Source: an uncultured Chloroflexia bacterium | GTDB lineage: Bacteria > Chloroflexota > Limnocylindria > QHBO01 | DNA: 64,000 nt | Reading direction: 5' to 3' | Assembly (NCBI GenBank): GCA_963814375.1 | Contig: CAWFCQ010000004.1 | Location: forward strand, 96,001 to 160,000 | In this document: positions 46,576-55,991 of the stretch, in pieces | Position numbering within the stretch: position 1 is the stretch's first letter | Layout: every line of letters begins with the position of its first letter | Notes under the pieces: generated by a model | The model's input: only the letters and a program-made list of their open reading frames with translations | What the model was told of the DNA's origin: nothing | The model's database searches: none | Made by a program: the position numbers and the translations under genes

Positions 46576-46947
46576 GTGGAGATCGCGCTGGCCATCTTCA
46601 ACATCGGGGCGGGGCTCGGGGTGCTTGCCGCCGGCGGCGCGCTGGTCTACCTCGCATGGCAGACCACGCCGCTTATCCGCGAGTCCCGTGCTTTGACCGC
46701 CGACCTGCGCCGGCTGACGCGCACGGCCGACAGCGAGCTGCGGCCGATCCTGAGCCACGCTCGTGAGCTCACGAGCAACGTCGAGGTGCTCAGCGAGGAC
46801 GTCGCGGTGAAGCTCGATCGGCTCACCGATCTCATGAACTCGCTCCAGGGCAGCCTCGATGCGGGCCGCATCACGGTGGCCACGGGACGGGTCGGCGGCG
46901 GCTCGGTAGAATCGTGGGAAACGCGAGAGGACGCATCCGACTCATGA
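46576..46947 (+). CDS. DUF948-like single-TM coiled-coil protein
   Basis: N-terminal TM followed by a heptad-like helix; paired with a YtxH-like gene. Confidence 0.55.
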   Translation: MEIALAIFNIGAGLGVLAAGGALVYLAWQTTPLIRESRALTADLRRLTRTADSELRPILSHARELTSNVEVLSEDVAVKLDRLTDLMNSLQGSLDAGRITVATGRVGGGSVESWETREDASDS

Positions 46948-47186
46948 AGGACAGCGGATTCGGCAGCTTCCTGGCGGGCGTCGTCATCGGCGCACTGGCG
47001 GGCGCTGCGCTCGGACTCATCCTGGCTCCGAAGACGGGCGAGGAGCTGCGTGACGAGCTGGGCGACTTCGTCGACAGCAAGCGCGCCGAGTTTGACGAGG
47101 CGATCAACGAGGGACGCGCCGCGGCCGAGCAGGCACGCGCCGGCATGGCCCCGGAGCACGACACCGCCGAGGGCGCCGCCGGCTGA
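46944..47186 (+). CDS. YtxH-like protein
   Basis: FLAG..IGALAGAALGLILAPKTGEELR. Confidence 0.8.
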   Translation: MKDSGFGSFLAGVVIGALAGAALGLILAPKTGEELRDELGDFVDSKRAEFDEAINEGRAAAEQARAGMAPEHDTAEGAAG

Positions 47187-47218
47187 TCGCCCCCCTTCGA
47201 CCCATTTCATGGCAGCTC

Positions 47219-47244
47219 GAGAGCCGGTGGGGTCGCCGGCTCTC
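47219..47244 (+). other. Stem-loop in the alaS leader
   Basis: GAGAGCCGG / CCGGCTCTC 9 bp perfect stem. Confidence 0.45.
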
Positions 47245-47286
47245 ACCGTGAACGACCCCCGGTTGGCGGAGGATTGGGTGGAACCC

Positions 47287-49911
47287 ATGCAGCCGATGAG
47301 CGCGGCCGAGATCCGCGAGCGCTTCCAGCGCTTCTTCGAGGAGCGTGGTCACACGCGCGTCCCGTCGGCGCCGCTGCTCGCCAGGGACGATCCCACCCTG
47401 CTCTTCGTCAATTCGGGGATGGCGCCCTTCAAGCGCGTTCTCACCGGCGAGGAGAAGCGCGACTACGTTCGGGCCGTCGACGCGCAGGTCTGCCTCCGGG
47501 TGGCGGGGAAGCACAACGACTTCGAGGAGGTGGGGCGCACCCCGCGCCATAACACCCTCTTCGAGATGCTCGGGAACTGGTCCTTCGGCGACTACTTCAA
47601 GCGCGAGGCGATCCACTGGCACTGGGAGTTCCTGACCGGCGAGCTCGGGATCGACCCCGCGCGCCTGGCGGCCACCGTCTACACCGATGACGACGAGGCG
47701 CACGCGGTCTGGGCCGATGAGATCGGCCTGCCACCCGAGCGCATCGTGCGCTGGGGGAACATCGCGGCTGGCGACGAGAAGAACTTCTGGCAGATGGGCG
47801 ACACCGGCCCGTGCGGCCCGTGCAGCGAGCTCCACTACGACCGGGGCGCGCATCTGTCGGAAGGCCCGGACTGCATTCCCGACCACTCCGAGCACTGCCC
47901 GCGATGGCTCGAGGTCGGCAACCTCGTCTTCATGCAGTACGACCGGGCGGCCGACGGCACGCTGACCCCACTGCCGTTCAAGAGCGTCGACACCGGCACC
48001 GGCCTCGAGCGGCTGGCATCGGTCGTCCAGGGGGTGGAATCGAACTACAAGACCGATCTCTTCGAGCCGATCATCGCGCGGCTGGCGGAGTTCATCGGCC
48101 ACGACCCCGCGACGGTGGAGAGCGAGCGCTTCAGCTACCAGGTCGTGGCCGACCATTCGCGCGCCATGACCTTCCTGCTGGCCGAGGGAATCACCCCGGC
48201 GAACGATGGCGCCGGCTACGTCCTGCGCCGCATCATGCGCCGCGCGGTGCGCCACGGGCGCCTGCTCGGCATCGGGCGCCCATTCCTGCGCGAGACGTGC
48301 GCCATGGTCATCGAGCTCATGGGCGATGCCTACCCGGCGCTGCGAGAACGCACGGAAGAGGTCCTGGCGGCCATCGAGGCCGAGGAAGAGAAGTTCGCCC
48401 GCACCCTTGAGTCGGGGTCGGCGCGGCTGTCGGAGCTGATCGCCGCCGGGGGCGAGATCAGCGGAGCCGATGCGTTCCGCCTGCACGATACGTTCGGCTT
48501 CCCGATCGATCTCACCATCGAGATGGCCGCCGAGCGGGACGTGACCGTGGACCGGGCCGGCTTCGATGCCGCCATGACCGAGCAGCGCGACCGGTCGCGC
48601 GGCGAGAAGCGCGAGGCGCTCCAGCTGGATCCGGAGGTCGCGGCGATGCGCAGCGAGTTCATCGGCTATCCGAACGAGACGAGCGCCGACGACCTGCGCG
48701 TGCTGGCCGTCGTCCCCGGCGATCCGGTCGCCGTGGTCCTCGATCGCACGCCGTTCTACGCCGAGGGCGGCGGGCAGATCGGCGACCGCGGGAAGCTCAT
48801 CGGTACGGGCGGGCGGCTCGAGGTGACCGACACCCAGCGCACCGGCGACGCGATCGTGCACCTGGGGACACTCGAGGGCACGCTGTCGCCCGGCGATGCG
48901 GTGCGCGCCGAGGTCGACCCGGAGCGCCGCTGGGGCGCGGCCCGCAACCACACCGGCACCCATCTGCTGCACCGCGCCCTGCGCGACGTGCTCGGCGAGC
49001 AGGCCAAGCAGGCGGGCTCGTGGGTCGGACCGGAGGCATTGCGCTTCGACTTCCCCGCGACCTCGGCGACCCCGCGCGATGCGCTGCGCGAGGTCGAACG
49101 GCAGGTGAACGCGCAGATCCGGCGCGACGCAGCCGTGGTGCCGAGCTTCATGCCCATCGGGGAGGCGCAGGCGCTCGGCGCCGACATGTTCTTCGGCGAG
49201 AAGTACGTGCCCGAGTCGGTGCGCGTCGTCCAGGTGGACGGCTACTCGAAGGAGCTGTGCGGCGGAACCCACTGCGCATCCACCGGGCAGATCGGCGCCT
49301 TCGTCATCACCGGCGAGTCGAGCATCGGCGCCGGGCTGCGGCGAATCGAGGCCGTGACCGGCATGGGTGCGACCGAGCTGATCGGAGACCGGCTCGACGC
49401 GCTGCGCGAAACCGCCCAGCTGCTCGGCGAGCGGGAAGAGCTCGTGCCGCAACGGGTCGAGGCGCTCATGACGCGGCTCCGGCAGGCCGAGAAGGCGGCG
49501 AAGGCGCCACGCGCGGCCGGCTCCGGCATCGACGCGCCCGGTGCCCTGGCTCGTGCGCAGCAGGCCGGGAGCACGAAGGTCATCATCGAGTCGTTCCCCG
49601 AGGCCGACGCCAACGCGCTCCGGGCGCTCGCCGATGAGCTGCGCGGCATGACGGGTCGCTTCGTCGCCGTCGTCGGCGGGGCAACCGACGGACGGCCGGC
49701 ACTGCTGGTGGCGGCGAGCCGTGACCTCGCTGCGGAGGGATTCGACAGTGGCGCGATCGTGCGTGACGCTGCGCCGATCATGGGCGGCGGCGGGGGAGGA
49801 CGCGCGGACCTCGCGCAGGCGGGCGGCAAGGATGCAGCTCGGCTCGACGACGCGCTTCGGGAGGCGGGACGCCTGGCGCTCGAGGCGCTCAAGCGGATCG
49901 AAACCTCCTGA
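47287..49911 (+). CDS. alaS: Alanyl-tRNA synthetase
   Basis: LLFVNSGM, FEMLGNWSFGDYFK, GPCGPCSE, editing motifs HTGTH and ELCGGTH, GGGGGR. Confidence 0.97.
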   Translation: MQPMSAAEIRERFQRFFEERGHTRVPSAPLLARDDPTLLFVNSGMAPFKRVLTGEEKRDYVRAVDAQVCLRVAGKHNDFEEVGRTPRHNTLFEMLGNWSFGDYFKREAIHWHWEFLTGELGIDPARLAATVYTDDDEAHAVWADEIGLPPERIVRWGNIAAGDEKNFWQMGDTGPCGPCSELHYDRGAHLSEGPDCIPDHSEHCPRWLEVGNLVFMQYDRAADGTLTPLPFKSVDTGTGLERLASVVQGVESNYKTDLFEPIIARLAEFIGHDPATVESERFSYQVVADHSRAMTFLLAEGITPANDGAGYVLRRIMRRAVRHGRLLGIGRPFLRETCAMVIELMGDAYPALRERTEEVLAAIEAEEEKFARTLESGSARLSELIAAGGEISGADAFRLHDTFGFPIDLTIEMAAERDVTVDRAGFDAAMTEQRDRSRGEKREALQLDPEVAAMRSEFIGYPNETSADDLRVLAVVPGDPVAVVLDRTPFYAEGGGQIGDRGKLIGTGGRLEVTDTQRTGDAIVHLGTLEGTLSPGDAVRAEVDPERRWGAARNHTGTHLLHRALRDVLGEQAKQAGSWVGPEALRFDFPATSATPRDALREVERQVNAQIRRDAAVVPSFMPIGEAQALGADMFFGEKYVPESVRVVQVDGYSKELCGGTHCASTGQIGAFVITGESSIGAGLRRIEAVTGMGATELIGDRLDALRETAQLLGEREELVPQRVEALMTRLRQAEKAAKAPRAAGSGIDAPGALARAQQAGSTKVIIESFPEADANALRALADELRGMTGRFVAVVGGATDGRPALLVAASRDLAAEGFDSGAIVRDAAPIMGGGGGGRADLAQAGGKDAARLDDALREAGRLALEALKRIETS

Positions 49912-49921
49912 TCCCCGCATC

Positions 49922-51211
49922 GTGACGGGCGCCGGGCAGCTCTGGGGACGCGTCACCGACCGCATCCGCTCCGCCGGAAGTCGCGGCGGGGCGCCGCCGA
50001 CGATCGCCGCCCTCGACATCGGGACCGAGTTCGCGAAGGCGATCGTCATGCGGGTGGAGCGCGACCCGCAGGGCAGGCTGGTCGGCATGATCACCGGCAC
50101 CGGCCGCAGGCGACAGGGACTGGCCCACATGCAGTCCGGCACGGTCAGCGACATCGACGCGGTGGTCGAGAACTGCCGCGCGGCGATGGAGGAGGCCCAG
50201 GGCATGGCCGGCGCCCGCCCGATGGCGGCGGTCATCGGGATCGCGGGCGAGCTCGTGAAGGGAGCCACCTCCAGCCTCGTGGCCCGTCGCGACGACCCTC
50301 GCCGGCCGCTCGACGAGCCGGAGCTCGAACGGCTGGTGAAGCGCGCCCAGGATCGGGCGCTCAACGAGGCCGAGGAGCGCATCCGCTGGGAGTCCGGCGT
50401 CGACCGGCTCGACGTGCGGCTGGTCCACGCGGCGATCGTCGAGATGTCGATCGACGGCTACCCGGTGAGCAACCCCATCGGCTTCACCGGCGCCCAGGTC
50501 GAGCTTCGCCTCTTCAACGCGTTCGCGCCGATGGTCCACCTCGGAGCGCTCCAATCGGTGGCCGATGCCCTGGGGCTCCAGCTCCTGGGCGTGATCGCCG
50601 AGCCGTATGCGGTCGCGACCTGCCTGGCGGCTGACGACATCGGCGATGGCGGAGCCGTCTTCGTCGACATCGGCGGAGGGACGACCGACGTCGCCCTCGT
50701 GCGCGGTGGCGGGATCGCTGGCACGAAGATGCTCGCCCTTGGCGGACGCGCCTTCACGAGGGGCGTGGCCGAGCGCCTCGGCCTCTCCTTCACCGATGCG
50801 GAGCGCGCCAAGCTGGAGTCCGGCCAAGACGGCGGCAACGATGCGGCCGAGGTCCTGCTCGACGACGCCCGGATCTGGCGCGACGGCGTGGAGCTCATGA
50901 TCGGCGACCTCGCCGGCGGCGAGCTCCTCCCGGGACGCGTCCTGCTGTGCGGCGGTGGCGCGGACCTTCCGCAGATCCAGGCCGTCCTCGACGAGCCGGG
51001 ATGGTGGGAGCGGCTGCCCTTCGCACGGCGACCGCAGGTGCGCGCGATCGCGCCGAACGAGGTGGTCGGGCTGCGGGATGGCACGGGCCGGCTCCAGACC
51101 CGCCAGGACGTGACGCCGATGGCGCTCGCCCACCAGGCGCTCGTCCTCGATGCCGGTGCATCCGCCATCGATCGAGCGGTCAGGAGCGCGGTGCGGGAGA
51201 TGGAGCTGTGA
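49922..51211 (+). CDS. FtsA-like actin-fold ATPase outside the dcw cluster
   Basis: Phosphate-1 ALDIGTE, IAEPYA, phosphate-2 VDIGGGTTD, AERAK, adenosine LCGGGADL, SIDGY...NPIG.TG insert. Confidence 0.82.
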   Translation: MTGAGQLWGRVTDRIRSAGSRGGAPPTIAALDIGTEFAKAIVMRVERDPQGRLVGMITGTGRRRQGLAHMQSGTVSDIDAVVENCRAAMEEAQGMAGARPMAAVIGIAGELVKGATSSLVARRDDPRRPLDEPELERLVKRAQDRALNEAEERIRWESGVDRLDVRLVHAAIVEMSIDGYPVSNPIGFTGAQVELRLFNAFAPMVHLGALQSVADALGLQLLGVIAEPYAVATCLAADDIGDGGAVFVDIGGGTTDVALVRGGGIAGTKMLALGGRAFTRGVAERLGLSFTDAERAKLESGQDGGNDAAEVLLDDARIWRDGVELMIGDLAGGELLPGRVLLCGGGADLPQIQAVLDEPGWWERLPFARRPQVRAIAPNEVVGLRDGTGRLQTRQDVTPMALAHQALVLDAGASAIDRAVRSAVREMEL

Positions 51212-52809
51212 CCGAGGCGCCCACCGTCCTCTTCCTCGAGGCGGACGACGAGATCACCGCGGTGGTGCGACGCGTCCGCGCCGCCGACCCCGGCCGCGTC
51301 GTGCTCGTCGCCCCGGGTCGCTCCCGCGCGACATCCAGCGCGGTCGGCCTGCGGCTCCTCGCACGGGCCGGCGAGGCCGACGGCCGCGACGTCTCGGTGG
51401 TCGGGGATCCCCTGACGCGCTCGCTCGCGGCCGAGGCCGGCCTCGTCGCGTACGCATCGGTCGATGAGGCGCGGCGCGGAGATCCTTCGGCGCAACCTGA
51501 CGCGGCCGAGCCGCGCCACGCGGCCATCCACGTCGTGCGCGGCGCGGCGACCGATGAGACGGTGCCCACGATGGCCGCCGCCATGGCCGCGGTGCCGGAC
51601 GACGAGACGCGGGCCGTGAAGGTGGCGCAACCGTCGCCGAAGGCGGCCGCGGCACCCCGGCGGCGCTTTCCCATCGTCCTCACGGCCGGGGTCGTCGCCC
51701 TCCTCGCCGCGGCCGCGGCGCTCGCTGTCTTCGTCCTTCCGTCGGCCACGATCCGGATCGAGCCTGAGACGAGCGCGGTCGGGCCGGCGACATATGACGT
51801 CCGCGTCGAGAGCGCCGAAAGCGTGTCCGGCACGGTCGAGGCGACCGCCACGGTGACCGCGACCGGCACGTACGAGGTCCTCGAGCCGGCGACCGGGTTC
51901 GTCGTCTTCTTCAACTGGAACGTATTCGACGTCGAGGTCCCCGCCGAGACGCTCGTCGCGGCCGGCGAGCAGGCCTTCGCCACCGTCGAGACGATCGTGG
52001 TTCCGGCCGGCAGCCTCACGTCGGACGGCCGCATCCAGGCGGGCGACGCGTCGATGGAAGTCACCGCCGCGGCAGCCGGCCCCGCCGCGAACGTCCCGCC
52101 CGAGGCGATCGACACCATTCTCAGCATCGGCACGGCTGCGCAGCTGCGGGGATTCCCGAACAACCCGGAACGGCTGGTGACGAATCCGGAGGCGACGAGT
52201 GGCGGGCTCGAGGGCACCGGGACCGAGATCTCGCAGGCCGACGTCGACGCCGGGAGCGCCGCGCTCCAGCAGGACCTGACGGAGGCCGCTGCCGCTGCCC
52301 TGGCGGGCACGACCGATGATCCATATGCGGACCCCGTCGAGCCGCCCGCGCCGGTCATCGAGGGCATCGAGGGCCTCGTCGGGACTCGCGACCAGCCCAG
52401 CGCTGAGATCACCGGGACGCTGGCGTATGACCGCCTCGTCGCCGATCCCGCCGAGGTGGAGGGCCTGGCGGTCGATCGCTTCGCGAGCGACGCAACGCTG
52501 CTCGCGGAAGGACACGAGCTGGTTCCGGATGCCACCAACGTCACCCTTGGCGAGACCACGCGCGATGGCGACGCCCTCGTCGTGGCAGCGACCGTGGAGG
52601 GCCAATCGGCCGCCGCGATCGATCCCGACGAGGTGATCGAGCGGGCTGCCGGCCGCACCGCCGCGGAGGCGGAGGAGGCCCTCGCCGACATCGGGGAGGC
52701 GACCGTCGAGCTATGGCCCGGCTGGGTCATCACCGTGCCCGACGCCGAATGGCGCATCGAGGTCGAGTCCATCACCGACGCCGGCGAACCGAGCCCGAGC
52801 GGTTCGTGA
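51208..52809 (+). CDS. Single-TM protein with a cytoplasmic alpha/beta domain and an extracellular baseplate-J-like domain
   Basis: LEADDEIT...LRLLAR N-domain; TM then LPSATI.I.P; ATG.VVFFN...VPA.T, VTA...G...NV....I, VTNP....GG. Confidence 0.7.
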   Translation: MTEAPTVLFLEADDEITAVVRRVRAADPGRVVLVAPGRSRATSSAVGLRLLARAGEADGRDVSVVGDPLTRSLAAEAGLVAYASVDEARRGDPSAQPDAAEPRHAAIHVVRGAATDETVPTMAAAMAAVPDDETRAVKVAQPSPKAAAAPRRRFPIVLTAGVVALLAAAAALAVFVLPSATIRIEPETSAVGPATYDVRVESAESVSGTVEATATVTATGTYEVLEPATGFVVFFNWNVFDVEVPAETLVAAGEQAFATVETIVVPAGSLTSDGRIQAGDASMEVTAAAAGPAANVPPEAIDTILSIGTAAQLRGFPNNPERLVTNPEATSGGLEGTGTEISQADVDAGSAALQQDLTEAAAAALAGTTDDPYADPVEPPAPVIEGIEGLVGTRDQPSAEITGTLAYDRLVADPAEVEGLAVDRFASDATLLAEGHELVPDATNVTLGETTRDGDALVVAATVEGQSAAAIDPDEVIERAAGRTAAEAEEALADIGEATVELWPGWVITVPDAEWRIEVESITDAGEPSPSGS

Positions 52810-53277
52810 GCCGCTACATCGGCCTCGACCACGGGGAACGCCGCATCGGCGTCGCCATCGGCGACACGGAGACGGGGATGGCGTTTGCCCGTGCGGCGAT
52901 TCAACGACGAAATCTCGAGCACGACGCGGCGCTCATCGGCGAGCTGTGCACGCTCGAAGCGGGCCGATGGCGTCGTGATCGGGTTGCCGCTCAACCTCGA
53001 CGGCAGCGAGGGACCCCAGGCCGCGCGGGCTCGCGCATTCGGCGACGGCCTGGCCCGCATCGGCCTGGCGGTCGAATACACCGACGAGCGGCTCACGACG
53101 TGGGAGGCGGGGGAGCACTTGGCGGCGGGAGGGAAACGACCTCATCGGCGCAGTGGCGAGCTCGATTCGACGGCTGCCCGCCTGATCCTGCAACAATATC
53201 TGGACGCCCAGCGTTCGACGCCCGGTCAGGCACCGGACCCCGCCGCGCCCCCCGCACCGATCGAGGAGACCGAATGA
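52806..53277 (+). CDS. ruvX: YqgF/RuvX pre-16S rRNA nuclease, frameshifted by one extra base near 52962
   Basis: GLDHGERRIGVA in the first frame; VIGLP, DERLTT, D..AA.LILQ.YLD in the +1 frame. Confidence 0.88.
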
Positions 53278-54656
53278 GCCGACGCCCGAGCCCCGGCGAG
53301 TACGAGGAGCGACGCAACGCGCGCATCCGTCAGCTGCGCGAGCAGCGCGAGGGTCCGGTCCGCCGACGGCGGCGGGTCGAGCCGCTGCTGCTCGTTGTGT
53401 GGATCGCCGGCTCCATCGCGCTGCTGGGCGTGGCGATCTTCCTCGGCTTCAACGCGTTCTTCGCCCCGCGCGTCATGGCGTGGGTGGACGAGAATCCCGG
53501 GGCGATCGAGCACGGTCTCGTGCAGGACTTCGTCGAGTGGTACCAGCCCGAGGCGCTCGCCGACCTTCCCGCCTCCGACGAGCAGCGCCGCGTCACCGTC
53601 GAGGTCGAGCAGGGCGCGACCGACACGAGCATCGGCCAGCTGCTCTTCGACGAGGGGCTGATCAGCAGCCAGGTCGCATTCCAGTACGCGGTCATCAACT
53701 CGGGTCGCGAGGGCACCCTTGCCGCTGGCATCTTCGACCTCTCACCGACGCTCACGCCGACCCAGATCGTTGCGGCGCTCCAGGGCCAGCCGTTCGGCGA
53801 GACGACGACCGTGACGATCCAGGAGGGCCTCCGCCTCGAGGAGGTCGTCGCGGCCTTCGGCGCCAGCCAGATGACGATGAACCTCGAGGAGTTCGCGGCC
53901 ATCCTCCAGGCCCCGCCGGCCGAGCTCCTCAACCAGTTCGACTATCTCATCGACCTCCCGGCGGGTCGCTCGCTCGAGGGCTACATCCTGCCCGAGACGC
54001 TCGAGTACGAGATCACCGGGCCGAACAGCGCGCCGCTCGCCGTCGTTCAGCGGCTGCTGACCGAGTTCGGCACCGCGTTTACGCCCGAGATTCGCCAGGG
54101 GATCGCCGCGAAGGGGCTCTCGATCGACCAGGCGATCATCATCGCCAGCATCGTCGAGCGCGAGGCGGTAATCGACGACGAGCGGCCCGTCATCGCCTCG
54201 GTCTACATGAACCGCTTCCTCAATCCGGACAACGGCGAGACGAACGGGCTCCTCAACGCCGATCCGACGCTCCAATACGGTTTGGTCACCGGCGAGGTTC
54301 GGCCCGTCGGCTACCCGCTGCTGGCCGGGACCGAGGGCGCATTCCTGCCCGTCGATCAGTGGGGCGATCCGGAATGGTGGCCGCAGCTCCAGGTGAGCGG
54401 CGGTGAGGTCGCCCTCGAAGAGTCGCTCCTCGGCTTCCAGACGTACACCCGGCCCGGTTTGCCGCCAACGCCGATCGCCGCCCCTCGCATGGACTCGATC
54501 GCCGCGGTCGCGACGGCACCGCTCGAGAGTGGGTATCTCTACTTTGTCGCCGGATGCCCGGGCGGCGTGCGTGACGGCTCTCACTACTTCGCGCGAACGC
54601 TTCCCGAGCACAACGCGAACATCGAACGCGCGAACACCGAGTGCGCCGGCGTATGA
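53274..54656 (+). CDS. mltG: Endolytic transglycosylase MltG
   Basis: N-terminal TM, TIQEG, LEGY..PET, ASIVERE catalytic Glu, LNADPTLQY, GLPPTPI, YLYFV. Confidence 0.9.
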   Translation: MSRRPSPGEYEERRNARIRQLREQREGPVRRRRRVEPLLLVVWIAGSIALLGVAIFLGFNAFFAPRVMAWVDENPGAIEHGLVQDFVEWYQPEALADLPASDEQRRVTVEVEQGATDTSIGQLLFDEGLISSQVAFQYAVINSGREGTLAAGIFDLSPTLTPTQIVAALQGQPFGETTTVTIQEGLRLEEVVAAFGASQMTMNLEEFAAILQAPPAELLNQFDYLIDLPAGRSLEGYILPETLEYEITGPNSAPLAVVQRLLTEFGTAFTPEIRQGIAAKGLSIDQAIIIASIVEREAVIDDERPVIASVYMNRFLNPDNGETNGLLNADPTLQYGLVTGEVRPVGYPLLAGTEGAFLPVDQWGDPEWWPQLQVSGGEVALEESLLGFQTYTRPGLPPTPIAAPRMDSIAAVATAPLESGYLYFVAGCPGGVRDGSHYFARTLPEHNANIERANTECAGV

Positions 54657-55744
54657 CGCGTCTCGCGGATCTCCGCCGGCTCATGGCCGATCACGATCTG
54701 GACGGCATGCTCCTCTCGCGGTCGGCGAACAAGCGCTGGTTCAGCGGCTTCCGCCTCGGCGATGCCGAGGGGCCGACCTCGGGATGGTCGGGCACGCTCC
54801 TCGTCACCGGCGATGCCACCCTGATCTTCGCGGACTCGCGCTACACCGAGCAGGCGGCGCACGAGGCCCCCGACTGGTCGCTCGTGCCAACGTCGGGGCC
54901 GATCCAGGAGGAGCTGCCATCCGCCCTCCTCGAGCACGGGATCGAGGCGCTGGGCATGGAGGCGGCGGCGGTCTCGCATGCCGACTGGTCGGCCCTGGCG
55001 GAGGCGGCGCCGGGAGTCGAGCTTCACGCCATGGACGGCGAGCTCGTCCCGATGCGGATCATCAAGACCGCGGACGAGATCGACGCCATCGGCCGCGCGT
55101 GTTCCCTGACCGATGCCTGCTTCGCCCACCTGCTCGAGTTCGTCCGCGCCGGCATGACCGAGCAGGAGGTCGCGCTGGAGATCGAGCGCTGGTTCCGGAC
55201 CAACGGCGCCGAGGGTCTCGCCTTCGACACGATCGTCCTCGCCGGACCACGCGCCGCCATGCCGCACGGCCGGCCTTCCTCGGCGACCATCGATCTAGGC
55301 AACGTGCTGCTCATCGACTTCGGCTGCATCGTGGATGGGTATCGGTCCGACATGACGCGCACGCTGTTCGTCGGCGACGTGCCCGACGACGTCCGCCGTT
55401 TCCACGACGCGGTGCGCGAGGCGCAGGCCGAGGCGATCGACGCGCTTGCCGTCGGCGTCAACGGCCAGGAGGTGGATCGCATCGCCCGTGCGCGGATCGA
55501 GCGCGAGGGCGTCGAGCCGTACGGGCATGGGCTCGGCCACGGCATCGGCGTCGAGACGCACGAGCCGCCGCGGCTGCGGCGCAGCGAGGCCTTCACGCTC
55601 GAGGCCGGCATGGTCTTCAGCGTCGAGCCGGGGATCTACCTGCCGGGCGTGACCGGCATCCGGATCGAGGACATCGTCGTGCTCGAAGACGCCGGCCCGC
55701 GCCTGCTGACCCTCTCGCCGCGGGAGCCGATCGTCATCGGCTGA
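54653..55744 (+). CDS. Xaa-Pro aminopeptidase (M24B)
   Basis: DSRY, KT.DEI, PHG, DFG, SDMTRT, HGLGHGIG...HE, SVEPGIY, RIED; precedes efp. Confidence 0.92.
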   Translation: MTRLADLRRLMADHDLDGMLLSRSANKRWFSGFRLGDAEGPTSGWSGTLLVTGDATLIFADSRYTEQAAHEAPDWSLVPTSGPIQEELPSALLEHGIEALGMEAAAVSHADWSALAEAAPGVELHAMDGELVPMRIIKTADEIDAIGRACSLTDACFAHLLEFVRAGMTEQEVALEIERWFRTNGAEGLAFDTIVLAGPRAAMPHGRPSSATIDLGNVLLIDFGCIVDGYRSDMTRTLFVGDVPDDVRRFHDAVREAQAEAIDALAVGVNGQEVDRIARARIEREGVEPYGHGLGHGIGVETHEPPRLRRSEAFTLEAGMVFSVEPGIYLPGVTGIRIEDIVVLEDAGPRLLTLSPREPIVIG

Positions 55745-55769
55745 TCGGCGGCGCCTCGGCGAGCCGTCC

Positions 55770-55904
55770 GGATTCACGTCGCGTGGGCGTTAAGCGTCTT
55801 CGGCTGCCGCGAACCGCCACATTCGGACCCTCTTGCACGCTAGATGTGAATTTGGACGACTGGGGCGCATTGACGCGTCAACCGCCCGTCTCGTGTGAAT
55901 TTGG
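55770..55904 (-). repeat. Copy B of the diverged ~136 bp intergenic repeat
   Basis: TGTGAATTTGG at 55845 and 55894, GGATTCAC at 55770; reverse complement aligns with 5237-5373. Confidence 0.75.
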
Positions 55905-55991
55905 CACGTTCGCATCGGCGGCTCCGCCGGCGCCGGGCTTCGTCGCGTTATCCTGACGGGCGCACCGATCGGTTCACGAGGAAGCAACGCG

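Noticed and set aside
51208-52809. Baseplate-J-like gene as a prophage or contractile injection system
   Set aside because: No sheath, tube, spike, capsid or terminase genes; the protein has a TM anchor and is coupled to housekeeping genes
52713-54656. RuvX-MltG fusion protein
   Set aside because: The ruvX C-terminal half is in another frame and ends at 53277; mltG has its own GAGGAG and ATG at 53274
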